IMG/VR virus record: IMGVR_UViG_3300042145_000066
DNA from: an uncultured virus (IMG/VR IMGVR_UViG_3300042145_000066)
Lineage: Duplodnaviria; Heunggongvirae; Uroviricota; Caudoviricetes
Reading direction: 5' to 3' (one strand)
Length of the DNA: 20,000 bases
The position numbers were made by a program, and so were the translations under genes. Below, in pieces: positions 1-8,424 of the stretch. The notes under the pieces are model-generated. The model was not told the origin of the DNA and did no database searches. It was given only the letters and a program-made list of their open reading frames with translations. Positions within the stretch are counted from its first letter, which is position 1. Each line of letters opens with the position of its first letter.

Positions 1-1533
1 TATCTGAACCCGCCGACCCTGTCAGCCACGGCATGGATTGAGCTGCGCTTCTACGATGGCGCCGGCAATCAGATCGCCGCCCAGCGCAGCACGCTGGCGC
101 AGCCGGGCACGGGCGTGTACCGGCAGCGAGCCTCGATGGTCGCCCCGGCGAACGCCGCCACCTGCTCGGTCGCGGCCGGCCTGGACTCCGCATCGGCGGG
201 GCAGGTGCTGCGCCTGGAGTCGGTCGTCGTCATCGTGGCACCGAAAGCCCAGACCGGCTCGGTCGTGCTGTATGCCGACTCCAGCTTCGAGCAGGGCATC
301 GCCGGGTGGACCGTCGCCTCGGGTGTGGCAACGCTCGCCCGCACCACACCGTGGGGACTGTCCTCGTTCGACGGCTCGTACTCGCTCGCCGTCACCTCCG
401 CGACGGCCACCGCGTCGACACTGCGCTCGGCAAAGTTCCCGGTCGTCGAGGGCGTGAACTGGCGGGTGCAGGCGCTGGCGCACCCTGCGGCTGGCACCTG
501 GGCGAGCGCGCTGATCCGCGTCCGCTGGTACAACGCGGCCAACGTCGACCTCGGCGCTTCCGCTGGAACCGCCTACTCGCTGCCAGGTTCCTCCTGGTAC
601 GTGCTGCCGTCGGATGCGACAGCGCCGGCGGGCGCGACGCAAGCGTCGGTGGAGCTCGTGGCCACCGCCTCGGCGACGTCGAGTGTGCTGCACGTCGACC
701 AGGTTGTGCTGTGGGAGGTGCTGCCGCAGACCGCCGTCGAGGGCTTCGACGCCAGCGGGTACGCCCTGCTCACGTTGCGGGAGCTGCCGGTCGACGGCTA
801 CTCGATCAGCGTGTACCGGGTCGGGCAGGACGGCGCCCGCACCCTGGTCCGCGGCTCGGCGGGGCTGATCGACCGGCAGCCCATCACCTCGGATCTGATG
901 CTGATCGAGGACCATGAGGCGCCGTTCGGGACAGAGTTCTACTACCGGATCGAGATCTACGAACCTGACGGTGACCTCGCCTCAACCCGTTCGTCGGCGT
1001 CCGTGACGCTGACCATCGCGGACATCAACACGAGCTGGTTGAAGGACCCTGGGAACCCGCAGCGGAACCTGTTGGTCATGGTGGAGACGGCTCCGGACTG
1101 GACTCGGCCGATCGAGCAGGCCGCCCACGTGGTGCGGGGGCGCCGCAACAAGGTCGTGCTCTCAGGCCGCAGGCAGGGCCTGGAGGGTGACCTCGTCATC
1201 CGTACCCGATCCGATGAGGAACGCAAGGCGCTGCACTTGCTCCTCGACGACGGCAACGTCCTTTTGTGGCAGGCCAGCCCCGACATGGGTGTCGACGACA
1301 TGTACGTCAACGTCGGGCAAGTCCCCGAAGGCCGCGTCGCGAAGCTCGCCCAGGATCAATGGCGGGCGTGGACGCTGCCCCTCGTCGAGGCGGACATGCC
1401 GGTCACCACCGGCATCAACGGACCCGCGGGCAGGACGTGGCAGGACGTCGTCACCGAGTTCGCCACCTGCGCCGACCTGCTCACCGTGTACGCCACCAGC
1501 GAGGATCTGCTGCTCGACCGCCGAATGGGGTGA
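1..1533 (+). CDS. Minor tail protein, 5'-partial (repeated carbohydrate-binding-like beta domains plus distal-tail-like C-terminus)
   Basis: Frame is open from base 1 (YLNPPTLSATAWIELRFYDGAG...). Repeated unit 'IELRFYDGAG / IRVRWYNAAN ... APANA / APAGA'. Lies upstream of other tail genes and the lysin. Confidence 0.8.
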   Translation, partial: YLNPPTLSATAWIELRFYDGAGNQIAAQRSTLAQPGTGVYRQRASMVAPANAATCSVAAGLDSASAGQVLRLESVVVIVAPKAQTGSVVLYADSSFEQGIAGWTVASGVATLARTTPWGLSSFDGSYSLAVTSATATASTLRSAKFPVVEGVNWRVQALAHPAAGTWASALIRVRWYNAANVDLGASAGTAYSLPGSSWYVLPSDATAPAGATQASVELVATASATSSVLHVDQVVLWEVLPQTAVEGFDASGYALLTLRELPVDGYSISVYRVGQDGARTLVRGSAGLIDRQPITSDLMLIEDHEAPFGTEFYYRIEIYEPDGDLASTRSSASVTLTIADINTSWLKDPGNPQRNLLVMVETAPDWTRPIEQAAHVVRGRRNKVVLSGRRQGLEGDLVIRTRSDEERKALHLLLDDGNVLLWQASPDMGVDDMYVNVGQVPEGRVAKLAQDQWRAWTLPLVEADMPVTTGINGPAGRTWQDVVTEFATCADLLTVYATSEDLLLDRRMG

Positions 1534-1536
1534 CCG

Positions 1537-2628
1537 ATGTACCCCGTCACGGACCGCTTCCTGCCGCGGCTCGCCGAGTCGCACCGGGTGGCCACGCAGG
1601 TGCAGCTGTTCCTGAACGACGGCCGCGTCCTCGACCTGGAGCACACGGGCGGCTCGGTGCCGGTGGACCGGGCCCAGGCGATACGCCGCACCTGCTCCGT
1701 GACCGTCGCTGACCCGTCGCTGATCCCGCGAACGCCCGCCGACGAACTCGCCACCTACGGCGCACAGCTGCGGATCGCCCGCGGCGTCGAATACGGAGAC
1801 GGCAGCCGCGAGCTGGTACCACTCGGGGTGTTCAGGCTCGACAGCGTCGACGGCGACGTCGACGCAGGCCCCGTCACCCTGCAAGGCAAGGACCGGTCCG
1901 CGATCGTCGCCGACGACAAATTCACCGAGCCATACCTGGCGAGCGGCACGGTGGTCGGTGCGATCACCGGGCTGATCCAGCGCAGCATCCCAACCGCCGA
2001 CGTCATCTCGACGATCGTCGACGCCCCCATCGGCTCCCGAGCCTTCGATGTCGAAGCCGATCCGTGGGCCGGGGCGCAGGAGATCGCAGCCGCAGCCGGC
2101 GCCGAGGTGTACTGCAACGCCGACGGCGTGTTCGTCATCAGCGCGCTGCCGAACCTGCTGACCGCGACTCCGGTGTGGGCGATCGAGGCGACTGAGGGCG
2201 GCGTCTACATCTCCGCCAACCGGGCCATGACGCTGGACGGAGTCCACAACGGCGTGCTCGCGCGGGGCGAGAACACGGCGGAGAACGTGCCGCCCGTCAG
2301 CTATCTCGCGACCGACAACGACCCGAACTCGCCGACCTACTGGGGTGGCCCGATCGGCCGGCGGCCGAAGTTCATCTCCTCCAGCGCCTACACCAGCCTC
2401 AACGCAGTCACGCAGGCCGCGAACGCGGAGCTGGCCAAGGCCAAGGCGCCGAACGCATCCGGTGACATCAGCTCCCTGCCGAACCCGGCGCTCGAACCCG
2501 GCGACGTCGTTCGGGTGATGCACGCCGACGGCAGCCGCGAACTCCACCAAGTCGCCTCGATCTCCGTGCCGCTCGACGAGGGCGGCAGCTTTCCGATCGC
2601 CACAATCAGCGCCAAGGAGGACGCGTGA
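1537..2628 (+). CDS. Minor tail / baseplate hub-like protein (DUF5047-like)
   Basis: 363 aa; 'GGSVPVDRAQAIRRTCSVTV', 'ELVPLGVFRLD' and 'PNPALEPGDVVRV' are typical of actinophage tail hub proteins; position in tail operon. Confidence 0.8.
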   Translation: MYPVTDRFLPRLAESHRVATQVQLFLNDGRVLDLEHTGGSVPVDRAQAIRRTCSVTVADPSLIPRTPADELATYGAQLRIARGVEYGDGSRELVPLGVFRLDSVDGDVDAGPVTLQGKDRSAIVADDKFTEPYLASGTVVGAITGLIQRSIPTADVISTIVDAPIGSRAFDVEADPWAGAQEIAAAAGAEVYCNADGVFVISALPNLLTATPVWAIEATEGGVYISANRAMTLDGVHNGVLARGENTAENVPPVSYLATDNDPNSPTYWGGPIGRRPKFISSSAYTSLNAVTQAANAELAKAKAPNASGDISSLPNPALEPGDVVRVMHADGSRELHQVASISVPLDEGGSFPIATISAKEDA

Positions 2629-3257
2629 CACGGTCCGGCCACGGCATCAACCGCGACCTCGTCGCCGCCGTCGAACGCAAAGCCCGCCGCACCGGCGAAC
2701 AGGCACCCTCGGTGCGCGGCTCCGACTGGCGCACTGCCATCGTCACCGCCGTCAACACGGACGGAACCGTCGAAGCAGACGGCCTCACCTGGCGACGGGC
2801 CGAGACCTACCAGGCGCCGGCCGTGGGCGACGTCATCGTCGTCAGCCAGTCCAGCAACGGCAACCTCATCGCCCTGGGCCGGAACGCCGGAACGACGGCA
2901 CCCAGCGGCGCCTGGACAGCCGTCCCTCTCGCGGCAGGCTTTACCACGCCGCATGGCGCGTTCGGCGCGGCCGAATATCGGCTGATCACCTCCCATGGAA
3001 CGCCCCGCGTCGAACTGCGCGGCGCCATCGACGCCACCGTGGCCGTCACCACCCAGACGAACTTCTCCACAGCGCTCCCGGCCGCGGCCAGGCCCGCCGT
3101 GACCCGCACCTGGATCGGCCGTCGCCAGTACAGCGCGGACACCAAGGGTGCGATCGCCATGGAGATCCAGTCGTCCGGAGTGATGAGCATCTTCGGCTCG
3201 GCCTCACCCAACACGACGATCTGGTTCGCCCTCGACGGCTGCTACTACGACCTGTAA
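2625..3257 (+). CDS. Minor tail protein
   Basis: GTGA overlap with upstream gene; N-terminal OB-like segment (YQAPAVGDVIVV) and C-terminal beta domain similar to 3497..4117. Confidence 0.75.
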   Translation: MTRSGHGINRDLVAAVERKARRTGEQAPSVRGSDWRTAIVTAVNTDGTVEADGLTWRRAETYQAPAVGDVIVVSQSSNGNLIALGRNAGTTAPSGAWTAVPLAAGFTTPHGAFGAAEYRLITSHGTPRVELRGAIDATVAVTTQTNFSTALPAAARPAVTRTWIGRRQYSADTKGAIAMEIQSSGVMSIFGSASPNTTIWFALDGCYYDL

Positions 3258-3266
3258 GGAGCGCCC

Positions 3267-3497
3267 ATGGAGGGCTCAGCCTTCTCCCCGGAGACGACGT
3301 TCCGGGCCAACGTCATCAACCCCTCGGGGGAGCCGCTAGGTACTGCCGTGTTCTCCGCCTACCTGGAGTCCGGTGGCCCTGTGCCGCCGGAGCAGATCGC
3401 GGCAGCGATACGTGAAGTGTTCCAGCAGCACGGCCTGGATCTGCGCCAGTTCGAGGGCCCCGTGTCCACGCTGCTCGACTGGCCTCAGGAGGGCTGA
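3267..3497 (+). CDS. Small hypothetical protein in tail operon
   Basis: 76 aa; AAGGAG RBS; stop overlaps next start (TGATG). Confidence 0.7.
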   Translation: MEGSAFSPETTFRANVINPSGEPLGTAVFSAYLESGGPVPPEQIAAAIREVFQQHGLDLRQFEGPVSTLLDWPQEG

Positions 3498-4117
3498 TGC
3501 CTACTCCAGACGGCTACGGCCAGTCCATCCAGTTGTGGCAGCTGACGGATGCCCCGTCGATCCCTGAGGCGATCAAGGCGCTCGCGGACGGGGTCATCCC
3601 GCGCAGCATTCTCCGGTTCGCGTCCGCGTCCACGCGCGGCGCCACCCTCGTCGGCGACTACGCCCCGGTTGAGGGCATGCTGACGTGGCTGAACGACGTC
3701 AACCGGCTCGACGTGTACGACGGCTCAGCCTGGGTGGCCGTGTCGACAGGCTCCTCTGCCTGGACGAGCATCAGCCTCGCCAGCGGGTTCACGAACAACG
3801 GCAACAGCAACGGCAGCTTGCAGTACAGGCTGCTGAACATCTCTGGCGAGGAATCGCTGCAGCTGCGGGGCGCGGTGAACCGGACGTCGTATCCGTCGTC
3901 GCCGCCGTCGACCTACGTCGTCAACTCGACGGCCCTACCTGCCGCGGTACGGCCCAGCACGCTCCGGTCGGTGTTGATCCCCTGCTCCGACACCAACTCG
4001 GACCGCATCGCGTTGAAGCTCGACGTCCGCACAGACGGCTACCTCGAAGTCCTGGGCTTCAGCACCTCAGTGAAGCCGCCGTGGATCGGATTCAACGGCA
4101 CCCTCGTCAGTCTCTAA
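3497..4117 (+). CDS. Minor tail protein (possible receptor-binding)
   Basis: 206 aa; 'RFASASTR...PVEGMLTWL...LDVYDGSAW' tail motif; last gene before the lysin. Confidence 0.75.
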   Translation: MPTPDGYGQSIQLWQLTDAPSIPEAIKALADGVIPRSILRFASASTRGATLVGDYAPVEGMLTWLNDVNRLDVYDGSAWVAVSTGSSAWTSISLASGFTNNGNSNGSLQYRLLNISGEESLQLRGAVNRTSYPSSPPSTYVVNSTALPAAVRPSTLRSVLIPCSDTNSDRIALKLDVRTDGYLEVLGFSTSVKPPWIGFNGTLVSL

Positions 4118-4144
4118 CCAGCCCACGCAGACAGGGGGACCCGC

Positions 4145-5083
4145 ATGGCCTGGTATCCCGGCGCCACCAAGATGGAACTGCAGCCCGAATCGGACGGGCA
4201 GACGGCCATCAAGCCGACACAGTTGATCGTCCACAGCGTGATCGCACCGTGGACGGCACGCCGCATCTACGAGTACTGGCGCGACAGCACGTCACTGGAG
4301 TCGCACTTCGGGCTCGGCTACGAAGGCGACCTCGGTCAGTACATCGGCACGGAGACCCGCGCTGACGCCAACGCAGGCGCCAACCGCCGCGCGGACGGCA
4401 CTGGCGCAGTGTCGATAGAGACCGCGTCGAACACGAGCGGTACCGACCCGTGGACGGCCCAGCAGATCGAGCAGCTCATCCGGCTCGGCGTGTGGCTGCA
4501 CCAACGGCACGGCATCCCGCTGCGGATCTGCCGTACCGCCGCGGATCCCGGCTTCGGCTACCACTCGCTGTTCAGTAACTGGTCGACGAGCGGGACCGCC
4601 TGCCCGGGCGTAGCCCGCATCAAGCAGTTCAAGGAGGTCGTGTTCCCCGGGATCGTCGCCCGCGCAGCCGGCCAGACCCCCGAGGAGGACGACATGCCCA
4701 CCGCCGCCGAAATCGCCGACGCGGTCGTAGCCAAGCTCATCGCCGGGGGAGGGGTCCTGGAGAACGGCGACCTCGACCGCATTTGGGGACGCGACATCGT
4801 CCCCGCCGCCCGGCCGCCGTACAACAACCCCGACTACTACGGCGCCGACGGCAAGACCGTCGCCAACGACACGTGGACTGCCCGCTATGCCGTGCAGACC
4901 ACGGTCGAGGGCGTCCGCGAAACCCTCGCCCGCGTCAAGAACCTCGAAGGGCACGCCGGAGCCGTCGACCTGACGGACGAGGACATCGCCGCCCTCGCCT
5001 CCGCGGTCGCCTCCAACCCGGCGCTCGCCGAGCAGATCGCGGAGAAGGTCGCCGTCAAGCTCGCCGAACGCCTCGCCGACTGA
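4145..5083 (+). CDS. Endolysin, N-acetylmuramoyl-L-alanine amidase (Amidase_2-like)
   Basis: Zinc-amidase motifs IVHS, SHF, SIET, GYH and TACPG; helical C-terminal region; adjacent to holin. Confidence 0.9.
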   Translation: MAWYPGATKMELQPESDGQTAIKPTQLIVHSVIAPWTARRIYEYWRDSTSLESHFGLGYEGDLGQYIGTETRADANAGANRRADGTGAVSIETASNTSGTDPWTAQQIEQLIRLGVWLHQRHGIPLRICRTAADPGFGYHSLFSNWSTSGTACPGVARIKQFKEVVFPGIVARAAGQTPEEDDMPTAAEIADAVVAKLIAGGGVLENGDLDRIWGRDIVPAARPPYNNPDYYGADGKTVANDTWTARYAVQTTVEGVRETLARVKNLEGHAGAVDLTDEDIAALASAVASNPALAEQIAEKVAVKLAERLAD

Positions 5084-5111
5084 GCATCCATCCAGCAGAA
5101 ACGAGAGCCCC

Positions 5112-5459
5112 ATGAAGATCTTCGGCAGAGAGCCGGTCGTCGTACTGAACACCCTGTCCGCGATGCTCGGCCTCATCGTCACCCTGGGCATCACCAGCCT
5201 GACCGCCGAGCAGGCCGGCGCTGTCGTCGCCGTCGTCTCCGCGATCCTCGGCGGCATCGCCGCCGCCATGACGCGCCCCGTCGCACCGCAGGCCTTCACC
5301 GCCATCGTCGCCGCGGGCGCTACCGCCGTGGCCGCGTTCGGATACGAGGTGTCGCAGGAGTCCGTCGGCGCCATCAACACGCTGGTGCTGGCCGTTCTGA
5401 CCCTACTGACCCGCGTGCAGGTCACGCCATCCAAGCCGGACGCCCCGGCGGGAGTCTGA
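5112..5459 (+). CDS. Holin
   Basis: 115 aa with about four hydrophobic segments, N-terminus MKIFGREP, C-terminal 'TRVQVTP'; directly after the endolysin. Confidence 0.82.
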   Translation: MKIFGREPVVVLNTLSAMLGLIVTLGITSLTAEQAGAVVAVVSAILGGIAAAMTRPVAPQAFTAIVAAGATAVAAFGYEVSQESVGAINTLVLAVLTLLTRVQVTPSKPDAPAGV

Positions 5460-5900
5460 GTGCTGAGCCGTGCGGCTCGGGTCCGCGAGATGCTGGGCCG
5501 GCGCGGCGCCTTCCTGCTGATCCTGGGCGTCGGCAAAACCTGCTGGGGCATCGGCATGCTCGTCGACCCGCCCCCCACGCAGGGCCTCCAGCTGCTGACG
5601 AACGTGTGCGACATCCGGCACTGGGCGTGGCTGTGGATCGCTGCTGGGCTCATCACGGCCTCCTCGGCGTTCCTGCGCATCGGCCGGGACCTCTGGGGCT
5701 TCATCGTCGCAATCGTTCCCCCCACGGTGTGGGCCATCGCCTACACGGCCGCTGTTGTCAGCGGCCAGTTTTCCCGCGGCGCCTACGTCGCCGTCTGGTA
5801 CCTCACCTCGCACGTCGGGGTCATCTTGTGGGCGGCAACGGTGCCCGAACATTCGGTCCCCCACGCACCTGAGTCCGCCCAGGAAGGCGGGCCCGGGTGA
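5460..5900 (+). CDS. Lysis-cassette multi-pass membrane protein
   Basis: 146 aa, about four TM segments, start abuts the holin stop. Confidence 0.78.
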   Translation: MLSRAARVREMLGRRGAFLLILGVGKTCWGIGMLVDPPPTQGLQLLTNVCDIRHWAWLWIAAGLITASSAFLRIGRDLWGFIVAIVPPTVWAIAYTAAVVSGQFSRGAYVAVWYLTSHVGVILWAATVPEHSVPHAPESAQEGGPG

Positions 5901-6256
5901 GTATCTGGGCGGGGATCGTGGCCGCGTTCGGCACGGTCGGAATGGTGGTGGCCGGGCTGTTCGCCGCCCGGGCCACGAGACAGGCGGCTGCAGCAACTGC
6001 AGAGGCGACGCGTGCGGCAGCGCACGCGCAGGCCGAGCCGAACCAGCGGGCCGAGGACCGGGCCGCGTTCGACGCGATCAAATCGGAGCTGCGGCAGGAG
6101 CTGACGGCGCAGCGGGAAGAGGTTCGCTCGCTGCGATCCCTTGTGCGCGCGTTCGCTTTCTACGTGGGTGAGTTGACGTCGCAGATGCGCGGTCATGGCA
6201 TTGAGCCCCCGGCGCCGCCTTCCCGGGTGGACGAGTACAACCGAACTGGAGTGTGA
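5897..6256 (+). CDS. Lysis-cassette protein with N-terminal TM helix and coiled coil
   Basis: 119 aa; hydrophobic N-terminus, heptad-like 'IKSELRQELTAQREEVRSLRSLV', Pro-rich tail; GTGA overlap. Confidence 0.78.
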   Translation: MSIWAGIVAAFGTVGMVVAGLFAARATRQAAAATAEATRAAAHAQAEPNQRAEDRAAFDAIKSELRQELTAQREEVRSLRSLVRAFAFYVGELTSQMRGHGIEPPAPPSRVDEYNRTGV

Positions 6257-6260
6257 CCTG

Positions 6261-6422
6261 ATGCCTGAAGCCGTCCCGCGCTCACCCCGCCGCGACGACA
6301 CGGCCGCCGACCTCGGCAGCCTCGTCGCCCTCGGCCGCGAGGAACCACCACCCATCCCGGCGCCCAGCATCAGCCCGTTCCTCGAACCCGACCTACCGCC
6401 GGCACCCGTCGACGAGAGCTGA
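6261..6422 (+). CDS. Small Pro-rich acidic hypothetical protein (53 aa)
   Basis: ATG at 6261 after GGAG, 4 nt after upstream stop; ends just before the terminator. Confidence 0.6.
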   Translation: MPEAVPRSPRRDDTAADLGSLVALGREEPPPIPAPSISPFLEPDLPPAPVDES

Positions 6423-6433
6423 CCAGCAGCAGA

Positions 6434-6466
6434 ACGCCCCGCCACCCATCTCGGGTGGCGGGGCGT
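6434..6466. terminator. Probable bidirectional terminator hairpin
   Basis: Perfect 14-bp stem ACGCCCCGCCACCC-atctc-GGGTGGCGGGGCGT between convergent operons. Confidence 0.85.
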
Positions 6467-6526
6467 CGTCGCGTCTCGGGTAGGGTCGGGGCGCTGGCCC
6501 GCCTGGTAACGACAGGCGGGCCAGTC

Positions 6527-6709
6527 CTACTTCGCGAGGATCCGGGTGAGGATCCAGGCCCCTCCGGGTGCGACGGTGAGGAACGCTGCGGTGGCCACGG
6601 CGAAGCGCTCACCGCTGAGGCCGTCGCCAGGCAGGACGATCGCAGCGAACACGGTGAGGCCGACCAGGACTGAGGCGAGGAAGACGACATTCGCGCGGGA
6701 TGAGCCCAC
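6527..6709 (-). CDS. Small two-TM membrane protein (60 aa)
   Basis: GTG at 6709 preceded by GAGGAGG, 2 nt after the upstream stop; two hydrophobic segments (VVFLASVLVGLTVFAAIVL; FAVATAAFLTVAPGGAWIL). Confidence 0.7.
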   Translation of the reverse strand: MGSSRANVVFLASVLVGLTVFAAIVLPGDGLSGERFAVATAAFLTVAPGGAWILTRILAK

Positions 6710-6711
6710 GG

Positions 6712-7602
6712 TCAGACCTCCTCGTCCCAGCCGATGGCCTCGACGCCGGAGGCGTAACCGCGCCCGGGCGAGACGACTCCGGTCGGCGACCACCCGGCGT
6801 CGATGAACTTGCGGGCCGTCTCGGCCGGCACCCACCGGTCGCCGCGCTCCGGATCGGACATCCACCCAGCGAGATCGTCGGCCGTGGCGAACACGGGGCT
6901 GACGGGTGAGCCCTCGCTCACGGTCTCCCACAGCTGCCAGCCGTCGCCCTTCGGCGGGTCGGTCGGTTCCCACGCCTCAGCCTCAGCGCGCTGGCCCTCG
7001 TACTTCTCCAGACTGGCATGGCCCTTGCAGGTGGGGCAGGTGTCGTCGATGCCCTCGCGCTCGCAGCGGGCCCGGATGACGACGCTCGCGTTAATACTGT
7101 CGTGCCCGAAGCCGCGCAGCGACCATTCGTTCACCTGGGTGGCGGTCGGTGTGACCGCAGGCTCCTTCGGCTGCCAGCCGCGCTCACGACTCCAGGTGTG
7201 GGTGAAGTCGTGCAGGCGCCCGGCGGCTACCAGGGCGTCCACGTCGTCCTGTGAGATGTGGTGCAGCCAGCCGCTGTTGAAGTGGTCCGCGAGCCGTTGC
7301 GCCTCACGCTGTAGCGCGGCCTCGCCCGTGCCGTAGTAGTCGGGGGCGTTGCTGAGGTTGCGCTCGGCGAACGCGCGCACGGCCGGGCTGTCGTGCCGCC
7401 ACGGAGTGGATCCGGTGGAAGCAGGGTCGAACGGCAGCTTGCCGTACCAAAGGTCGTACAGGTTCTCCGCGCGCGGCGAGTAGCCGTTCTTGCAGTCCGG
7501 GCAGGGTGTCTCATCGAACTTGTCTGGGCTGAGGAACCCATCCCAGATCTTGTTGAGGGGCCAGTCGAAGTCGATCGGCACTCGTCGGATCTCGCGTCCC
7601 AT
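6712..7602 (-). CDS. Phage protein of unknown function with split CxxC...CxxC zinc ribbon (296 aa)
   Basis: Start moved to ATG 7602 (AAGGAG RBS; MGREIRRVPIDFDWPL); CPDC and CPTC pairs; Trp-rich C-terminus 'GWQLWETVSEGSPVSPVF'. Confidence 0.8.
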   Translation of the reverse strand: MGREIRRVPIDFDWPLNKIWDGFLSPDKFDETPCPDCKNGYSPRAENLYDLWYGKLPFDPASTGSTPWRHDSPAVRAFAERNLSNAPDYYGTGEAALQREAQRLADHFNSGWLHHISQDDVDALVAAGRLHDFTHTWSRERGWQPKEPAVTPTATQVNEWSLRGFGHDSINASVVIRARCEREGIDDTCPTCKGHASLEKYEGQRAEAEAWEPTDPPKGDGWQLWETVSEGSPVSPVFATADDLAGWMSDPERGDRWVPAETARKFIDAGWSPTGVVSPGRGYASGVEAIGWDEEV

Positions 7603-7606
7603 AGGC

Positions 7607-7930
7607 TCAACTCTCCTTGGTCTGGTGGTAGATGCGCTTGTGCTTGGCGACGCTGGTGGGCGCCCCCCGGTAGCCGGGCTTGGTGGTGCACTCGTCGCAC
7701 TCCAACCAGCCCGTCTTGTCGACGGCGTCTCCGGTGACGGAGTGCTGGGGACCGTACCCGTGGGCGTGCAGGAAGTGCGGGACGCTGCCCTCGTACTTGA
7801 GGGCGATGAGCGCGGACTCGGCGGTCTTGTCGTGGCCTTGGGCGAAGAACTTCCCGAGGCCGACCTCACGGCCGCAGCCGCACCAGCAGTTGCCGGTGGG
7901 CAGGAGGCGAGGCTTGTCGTTACTGGGCAT
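7607..7930 (-). CDS. Zinc-binding putative DNA-binding protein (107 aa)
   Basis: CWCGC...FAQGHD motif plus C-terminal CDEC-x15-HKRIYH C2H2-like finger; ATG 6 nt after a -10 box, suggesting a leaderless transcript. Confidence 0.78.
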   Translation of the reverse strand: MPSNDKPRLLPTGNCWCGCGREVGLGKFFAQGHDKTAESALIALKYEGSVPHFLHAHGYGPQHSVTGDAVDKTGWLECDECTTKPGYRGAPTSVAKHKRIYHQTKES

Positions 7931-7936
7931 GGACCT

Positions 7937-7982
7937 AAGATAGCAAGTCAAGACTTGCAGTCAAGGGTAAATGTCAAGACTT
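7937..7982 (-). promoter_or_regulatory. Leftward promoter with palindromic operator and 13-bp-periodic repeats
   Basis: Minus strand TTGACT-N16-TATCTT-N6-ATG; the spacer is the inverted repeat GCAAGTC-AA-GACTTGC (7943-7958); GTCAAG at 7947, 7960 and 7973. Confidence 0.7.
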
Positions 7983-8033
7983 CACCCGCGCGACCTGACC
8001 GTGTCCGCGAAGCCGACGACTCGGTAGCACGGC

Positions 8034-8225
8034 ATGAGAGCAGAAGAACGCCGACGGATCCTCGGCGACGACGTCATCGCCCACATCCGCGCCCGGGTCG
8101 CCGAAGCGCCCGAACCGAGCGACGAACTTGTCGAAGAACTCCGCCGCATCATGACCAGACCCGCCGGCGAAGTGCCGAAGGCGGAGCGCGCCCCTGAACC
8201 CGAGGGAGTAGGCCAGCGGCATTGA
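8034..8225 (+). CDS. Small hypothetical protein (63 aa)
   Basis: Helical charged ORF with host-like codon usage, divergent from the zinc-finger gene. Confidence 0.6.
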   Translation: MRAEERRRILGDDVIAHIRARVAEAPEPSDELVEELRRIMTRPAGEVPKAERAPEPEGVGQRH

Positions 8226-8278
8226 GCTGATGCGTAGCGCCCCCTGAAGCGCGGACCGGTGGCCAGTGGCTGCGCGTG

Positions 8279-8417
8279 ACTGTCCAACAATCGATCGATT
8301 GACGGCTAGTTGGACAGTGGAGACACGAAACGGACATAGTTACCCGTCTGGTTGTCCAAAAAGGGTGTACAGAAAGTCTCAATGTCCATGTACTAGGCAT
8401 GACCCTTTGTTGGACAA
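8279..8417. promoter_or_regulatory. res (resolvase-binding/recombination) site
   Basis: AT-richer stretch directly upstream of the resolvase with TGTCCA-type half sites at 8281, 8311(rc), 8331(rc), 8353, 8366, 8383 and 8411(rc); perfect inverted repeat ACTGTCCAAC-N20-GTTGGACAGT. Confidence 0.75.
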
Positions 8418-8424
8418 TGGAGTC

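Noticed and set aside
22..5737. Long antisense ORFs (22..915, 1162..2631, 4292..5737)
   Set aside because: Shadow ORFs expected opposite high-GC3 genes; no recognisable motifs
6712..7869. 385-aa ORF start given in the track
   Set aside because: The extension overlaps the zinc-finger gene; ATG 7602 has a clear RBS
8266..8424. N-terminal extension of the resolvase
   Set aside because: It runs through the res site; resolvase catalytic domains start close to the YARVS motif
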